Source: Christensenellaceae bacterium (GTDB taxonomy: Bacteria; Bacillota; Clostridia; Christensenellales; CAG-138). From it: 64,000 nucleotides of DNA. The DNA lies in the NCBI GenBank assembly GCA_031261085.1, contig JAISKB010000005.1:587-64586 (forward strand), read 5' to 3'. The translations under genes were made by a program, and so were the position numbers. Of this stretch, positions 59,060-64,000 are shown piece after piece (the stretch's first letter is position 1; every line of letters starts with the position of its first letter). The notes under the pieces are model-generated. The model saw only the letters and a list, made by a program, of their open reading frames with translations. It ran no database searches and was not told where the DNA came from.

Positions 59060-59650
59060 TTACCTCGCTTTGTATAGTTCCCCCAGCGTAATAAGATCTT
59101 GCTCCAGCGCGGCCCGCAGCGCCGGGTTGTAGATGACGCTGGCCGGGTGATAGAGCGGGCAGAGCGTGCTCTTAAGGCCCGCAAGCTCGAAGGGCAGCGC
59201 TTGCCCGTGCAGCGCCCCTATGGTGGCGGGCGCTTCGCCCAGCAGCGCGAATATGGCGCGCAGCGGCGCATTGCCCAGCGTCGCCACGATGCGGGGCCGC
59301 ACGGCCAGCAGTTCTTCGCTGAACAGCGTTAATCCCCCGCATATCTCCTTGGCGCCGGGCGTGCGGTTCGCGTTGCCCTGCGGCTGCATAGGGCGGTATT
59401 TTACCGCGTTGGTCACAAAAACATGTTCGCGGCCGATACCCGCCTTTTGCAGCAGCTCGTTTAACGTTTTACCCGCCTTGCCCACAAACGGGCGGCCCGA
59501 TGCCGCTTCCTCCCGCCCCGGCGCCTCGCCGATGAGCATGAGCGGCGCCGGCAGCGGCCCTTCGCCAAATACCGGGTGCAGCAGGTCGCCTTGCGCCGCA
59601 AGGCCCGCTATGCGCCTTTGCTCCGCCGCATACAGCTCGCGCAGCTCCAT
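59060..59650 (-). CDS. Uracil-DNA glycosylase, family 4
   Basis: VFGEGPLPAPLMLIGEAPGREEAASGRPFVGKAGKTL and C-terminal HPAS. ATG 59650 lies 1 nt after the PBP stop. Confidence 0.85.
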   Translation of the reverse strand: MELRELYAAEQRRIAGLAAQGDLLHPVFGEGPLPAPLMLIGEAPGREEAASGRPFVGKAGKTLNELLQKAGIGREHVFVTNAVKYRPMQPQGNANRTPGAKEICGGLTLFSEELLAVRPRIVATLGNAPLRAIFALLGEAPATIGALHGQALPFELAGLKSTLCPLYHPASVIYNPALRAALEQDLITLGELYKAR

Positions 59651-59651
59651 A

Positions 59652-62621
59652 TCAATATGCGCCCACCGGCGGGTAAGCCTGCTGCATCGCCTGGTAGGTG
59701 TAGCGCAGCTCTTCGGTTTCGCGGGTGATGGCGCTGGCCGTGCCATAGCTTATGTAGCTTTGCAGCTCGTGCACGCCCTCCTGCAGCACGGTACGCTCCG
59801 TTTCGGGCAGCGTTTGCACGTTTGCAAAGTAGTCGTTGATTTGGCTTATCAGGGCCTGCGCGCCCTCCCGCGCCGCCGTTAGGTCGGCATCGCTGCCGCC
59901 CTGCTGCATCCAGGCCGGGGTGTGCAGGGTACACTTGGCCCCGCTCTCGATGCTGCCCGACGCCTCGTCATATTCCTCGGTGGTGATGTTTAAGAACACC
60001 GCATTGGGGATGTATTGCAGCAGCAGCTGATGGTCGATAGCGGCATAGGGGGAATCCGCGAATATGCGCACGATGCTCCCCCCGGCGGTGATGCTGGGGC
60101 AATAGGCCGAGGCGGGCTGCCCGCTCTCGGTGCAGATGCTGGCCACCTCGTGCATATCGCAGAATATCAGCGGCTTCGTCTCCTTCAAAAACCAATCGGT
60201 CACGGGCGTATGCCCGGCGCTGTCGGCATAACAGGCATCGGTGGCCAACAGCCCGCTCACGGAACAGACGGTGCACTTTTCCAGCCCCAAATCGGTAGGC
60301 GAAGCATCGATGATGGGCTTGTCGGGCAGGCCGCTGTGGATTTTGCTCATAAAGGACTGCCATAGCGGGGCCGCGTAGCTGCCGCCGGTGGGCTTGCCTT
60401 TAAGATGATATTGCTCCTGCGAATAGTAGTCGTGCCCTATCCAAAGCGTAGCGGTATAGTAGCCGGTAAAGCCCGAAAAGCATACGCTGCTGTAATCGGA
60501 GTTGGTGCCGGTTTTGCCCGCCACCGTAATGCCGCTTATTTTTGCCTTGGTGCCGGTGCCATGGTTCACGGCATCGGTCAGGATATCGGTGAGCATATAG
60601 GCGGTGGAGGGTTTAAACACCGTATGCCGCCCGCGCACGGTTTCGGCATCCAATATCACCCGGCCGTTATCATCCACCACCCGGCTGAAGGACAGCGGTT
60701 CGACATATTCGCCGCCGCTGGCGATGGTGGCAAACGCCGCCGCCATCTCGATGGGGGTGATGTCGGTCGTGCCCAGCGCAAGGCCGCTGCCCGTGGCGCT
60801 CAGCCGGGAGGGATCCACGCCCAGCGCGGCCAAGTATTCGATACCCTTGGGGATGGTAACGTGCTCGAGCAGCGTGCGCGCGGCGGCCACGTTGAGCGAC
60901 TGCACCACGCCGGTGCGCAGCGTGAGCGGCCCGATATACTTTTCGGATCCTACGGCAGGGTACCCCTTGGGGGAATCCCACCCATCTATGGGAGCGGGGA
61001 AGTTTTTGAGTATGGTGGCGGGCGAAGCGCCCAAATCCAGCGCCGGGCCGTATACGGCCAGCGGCTTTATGGAGGACCCTACCTGCAGCCCGCTTTGCCA
61101 GGCGCGGTTGAGGCCCTTTTTGACCGTAGGCTCCTCCCGGCCGCCGATGATGACGCGCAGCTCGCCCGTTTGGTTGTCGATAATCACCGCCGCGGCCTGC
61201 GGCTGAATGATATCGGTGGTGGTGCCGTCGGCATTGGTATAGGTGTATACGCCCGCCGAAGGGTTGATGAGCGAGGGGTATTTATCCCACTCGGTAATGG
61301 TCGTTTGCACCTGGTGCTGCATGGCGGTATCCACCGTGAGATAGATGTGGTACCCGCCGGTGCGCAGCTCGCTCTCGATTGTTTTGCGGTTGGCGGGGGT
61401 ATCCAGCATGCCGCGCTGCGCCATGAGGTGCAGCGTAACATCGCGGATGCCATACTCCACAAAATAGGGCATATCGTATAGCTTGCTGTTGGCGGAAACC
61501 TCGGTGATGGATACGGTATCCTCGAGCGCGCTTTCGTATTGCGTTTTTGTGATGAACCCGCCCTCGTACATGGCCAGCAGCACCACGTTGGTGCGGCGGT
61601 CCGTCACATACATTTGATTGTTCCCCTCGAGGGAATATAGGTATTGCGCCCGCGTGATGCCGCCGGATTCGTAGAGGTTGTTCAGCTCGGCGGCGCCCTT
61701 GGCATCCAGCGTGCGGCTGTAGGTATTTAAGCGCGGATTGGTGTTATAGGGCTTTTGCACGATGCCGGCCAGCATGGCGCATTCGCGGATGCTCAGCTCG
61801 CGCATCTCCTTATCGAAATAATCCTTCGCCGCCGTTTTAAAGCCATAGTTGGAGCCGCCCAGCGGGATGTCGTTCATGTAGGCTTCGAGTATTTGATCTT
61901 TGGAGAAGATCGTCTCCAGTTCGATGGATAGATACGCTTCTTTTATTTTGCGCTTGTAAGACTGCTCGTTGGAGAGCACCTTGTTTTTGATCAGCTGCTG
62001 CGTTAACGTGCTGCCGCCGTGGGTATCGGTATTGCGCAGCGTGTTGATCACCGCGGAGAACAGCCGCTTATAATCCACGCCGCCGTGCTTAAAAAAGCGC
62101 ACATCCTCTATGGAGACCAGCGCGTTTTTGAGCATATCGGGGATTTCGTCGATATTTGCCCAGTCGCGGTATTCCATGCCCGCAAAGGTGGTGATAAGCG
62201 CGCCGTCCTTATCGTAAATATAGCTGGTGCGGTCGCTTTTGGTGATTTGCGAGGTGTCCAAATCGGGCGTGGTATCGATATAGGCCTTGGCAACGCCCAT
62301 CATCAGCCCCATACCCGCGCAGCCCAGCAGCACGACCGCCAGCACAAACGTGCGCAGCGTGGTAAACAGCACCGCCAGCACAAACGGCCTTTCTTTATAG
62401 CGCTCTATGAACAGATCCTGCTCTTCGCGGCCCCGCGCGTGTATCAGCCGCACGGCCTTCCTGCGGGTGCGGGCAAACAGCTTGTTTGCCGCCTTCCCAA
62501 AGGAAGATACCGCGCCGGAGACGCCTGCCGCCGCCGCTTTTAGTTTATCTTTTGACGCCTTTGGGGCGTTTTCGGGCGGCGCATCGCTCGGGTGGGGCTG
62601 GTTTGGGTCGATAAATTCCAT
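59652..62621 (-). CDS. Class A penicillin-binding protein (bifunctional glycosyltransferase/transpeptidase, PBP1A-type) with a long C-terminal extension
   Basis: GT51 motifs EDVRFFKHGGVDY, GGSTLTQQLIKN. Transpeptidase motifs SSIKP, SLN, KTGT. 989 aa. Confidence 0.92.
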   Translation of the reverse strand: MEFIDPNQPHPSDAPPENAPKASKDKLKAAAAGVSGAVSSFGKAANKLFARTRRKAVRLIHARGREEQDLFIERYKERPFVLAVLFTTLRTFVLAVVLLGCAGMGLMMGVAKAYIDTTPDLDTSQITKSDRTSYIYDKDGALITTFAGMEYRDWANIDEIPDMLKNALVSIEDVRFFKHGGVDYKRLFSAVINTLRNTDTHGGSTLTQQLIKNKVLSNEQSYKRKIKEAYLSIELETIFSKDQILEAYMNDIPLGGSNYGFKTAAKDYFDKEMRELSIRECAMLAGIVQKPYNTNPRLNTYSRTLDAKGAAELNNLYESGGITRAQYLYSLEGNNQMYVTDRRTNVVLLAMYEGGFITKTQYESALEDTVSITEVSANSKLYDMPYFVEYGIRDVTLHLMAQRGMLDTPANRKTIESELRTGGYHIYLTVDTAMQHQVQTTITEWDKYPSLINPSAGVYTYTNADGTTTDIIQPQAAAVIIDNQTGELRVIIGGREEPTVKKGLNRAWQSGLQVGSSIKPLAVYGPALDLGASPATILKNFPAPIDGWDSPKGYPAVGSEKYIGPLTLRTGVVQSLNVAAARTLLEHVTIPKGIEYLAALGVDPSRLSATGSGLALGTTDITPIEMAAAFATIASGGEYVEPLSFSRVVDDNGRVILDAETVRGRHTVFKPSTAYMLTDILTDAVNHGTGTKAKISGITVAGKTGTNSDYSSVCFSGFTGYYTATLWIGHDYYSQEQYHLKGKPTGGSYAAPLWQSFMSKIHSGLPDKPIIDASPTDLGLEKCTVCSVSGLLATDACYADSAGHTPVTDWFLKETKPLIFCDMHEVASICTESGQPASAYCPSITAGGSIVRIFADSPYAAIDHQLLLQYIPNAVFLNITTEEYDEASGSIESGAKCTLHTPAWMQQGGSDADLTAAREGAQALISQINDYFANVQTLPETERTVLQEGVHELQSYISYGTASAITRETEELRYTYQAMQQAYPPVGAY

Positions 62622-62737
62622 GCGAAGCTACCTTTCCTATTGTTTCTTGTAGAGTATAACATATTTTGCGGGCCATGCTCAATATCCCTTACGCCGCATA
62701 CTATGAATTAACACGCAGTTCATAAAAAGGGGGATTT

Positions 62738-63430
62738 ATGGAGCAGGATACCCGCACCCGAAAAACCAAGGCATTTCGACGCCGCAGCGCCATCGTTATC
62801 GCGCTGCTTTGCACGGCGTGCATCGCCTGCGCGGTTTGGCTCAACCACAATATGCGCCCCGCCATCGCCGCGCTCGCCGAAGCCCGCATACGCACCGTGG
62901 CCGCCCGCGCCATGAACGACGCCATACTCTCCTCCATGAGCGATGAGCAAACCTACGCCAACCTGCTCACCGTGCGGGAGAACGGGCAAAAGGTATATCT
63001 GCTGCAGGCCAACACCCGCAACATGAACATACTCGCCTCCTATTGCGCCGAAGCCGCGCAGGACCGCATCGCCGAAATTGGCGAGCAGGGCATTGCGGTA
63101 CCGCTGGGCACCATCACGGGGATATCCTTTTTTTCGGGCCGGGGGCCAAATTTGCACATAACGTTCACACCGGTGGGCAGCGTGCAAAGCGTATTCACCT
63201 CGGAGCTCGTTTCCAGCGGTATCAACCAATCCCTCTACCGGGTCAACCTCAAGCTCACCTCCACCGTGCAGCTGATATTGCCCGGCGTGCGGGATACCGT
63301 GCAGGTTTCTGCCGAGGCGGCCATTGCCGAAAGCATCATCGTAGGGGAGGTGCCGGAGGTATATACCAACGTGCCCACCACCGATGACATGCTCAACTTC
63401 ATCCCCGACGAGGCGCCGGGCAAAAAATAA
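62738..63430 (+). CDS. yunB: Sporulation protein YunB
   Basis: N-terminal TM, ..RPAIAALAEARIRTVAARAMNDAI.., ..GRGPNLHITFTPVGSV....S.GINQSLYRV... SD AAAGGGGGA. Confidence 0.82.
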   Translation: MEQDTRTRKTKAFRRRSAIVIALLCTACIACAVWLNHNMRPAIAALAEARIRTVAARAMNDAILSSMSDEQTYANLLTVRENGQKVYLLQANTRNMNILASYCAEAAQDRIAEIGEQGIAVPLGTITGISFFSGRGPNLHITFTPVGSVQSVFTSELVSSGINQSLYRVNLKLTSTVQLILPGVRDTVQVSAEAAIAESIIVGEVPEVYTNVPTTDDMLNFIPDEAPGKK

Positions 63431-63559
63431 CTGACGCGGCCTTTTATCATTATAACCATAGCGAAAACCGCGCGGGCATGTGAAAACAAACGGTGCGCGC
63501 AGCGCTTAAACGCGAATTTTCTTCTTTTATATCGCGGTATCTGGTGCTATACTTGATAT

Positions 63560-64000
63560 ATGAAACGGGTATGTGTTTGTGCCATTTGTATAGCGTTGTT
63601 ATTTGCCTGCCCTTTGGCGCAGGCCGATGGCCCCTCGCCCGAGCCTATCCCCATCCCTATCCCCACGCCTACGCCCCTCCCCACCTACACGCCCGCGCCG
63701 CCCACAGCCACCCCGTTTTCCGGGCTGATCGGCTTAAACGGCACGCAGGGCGATACGACCAACGAGGATGTTGTGCGGGTGCAGATACGCCTGCGCGAGC
63801 TGGGGTACTTCAACTTTAAGCCCACCGGCCTGTTTCAGGTTATGACGGCCAACGCGGCCAAAGCCTTCCAGTCCAAGCATACCGATGAAGCCGGCCTGCC
63901 CATGATAGCGGATGGCACCATCGGCCCGCAATCCATGAAAGCCCTGTTTCGCCACGATGTGACCCGCGCCGACATCACGGCCAACATACCCATCGGCAAG
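63560..64000 (+). CDS. Secreted peptidoglycan-binding (PG_binding_1) domain protein. The 5' end is complete and the 3' end runs off the window.
   Basis: Hand translation from ATG 63560 stays open to 64000. MKRVCVCAICIALLFACPLAQA, then a Pro-rich linker PEPIPIPIPTPTPLPTYTPAPP, then DVVRVQIRLRELGYFNFKPTGLFQVMTANAAKAFQSKHTDEAGLPMIADGTIGPQSMKAL. Not in the ORF track because it has no in-window stop. Confidence 0.7.
   Translation, partial: MKRVCVCAICIALLFACPLAQADGPSPEPIPIPIPTPTPLPTYTPAPPTATPFSGLIGLNGTQGDTTNEDVVRVQIRLRELGYFNFKPTGLFQVMTANAAKAFQSKHTDEAGLPMIADGTIGPQSMKALFRHDVTRADITANIPIGK

Noticed and set aside
60405-61481. 358-aa plus-strand ORF
   Set aside because: Antisense to the class A PBP gene.

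Overview
High-GC (~60%) chromosomal segment. Gene content points to an endospore-forming, Clostridia-type Firmicute: a gerA-type germinant receptor operon, gerM, yunB and a CIRCE/HrcA heat-shock operon. I recognise about 54 protein-coding genes, roughly 80% on the minus strand. I found no rRNA, tRNA, CRISPR array, transposase or integrase. All calls rest on hand translation, motif recognition and synteny; no similarity search was run. The backbone is housekeeping and follows the classical order lepA-hemW-hrcA-grpE-dnaK-dnaJ-prmA-rsmE-mtaB-HIT-rpsU. It also carries glyQS, tdh-kbl, rpmB, rdgB, gerM, rqcH, a type IIA topoisomerase B/A pair, cdaA-cdaR, a class A PBP and yunB. Two edge-truncated genes are absent from the supplied ORF track because they have no in-window stop. 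One is a giant (>2,348 codon) surface-protein gene filling 1..7046 (-). The other is a secreted peptidoglycan-binding protein gene at 63560..64000 (+). Items worth a second look: (1) a perfect (GTCT)17 microsatellite just upstream of the giant, internally repetitive surface-protein gene, a candidate contingency locus; (2) an 82-aa Cys/Gly/Asn-rich (63%) small protein with a strong SD at 29824..30072; (3) a dedicated ECF transporter co-oriented with two tandem DUF62 SAM-hydrolase paralogs; (4) cdaA-cdaR followed by an FAD protein, a beta-helix lipoprotein and a beta-propeller protein instead of glmM; (5) several palindromic operator-like sites and a pair of divergent promoters sharing one palindromic -35. 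Most long plus-strand ORFs in the track are antisense shadows of minus-strand genes.
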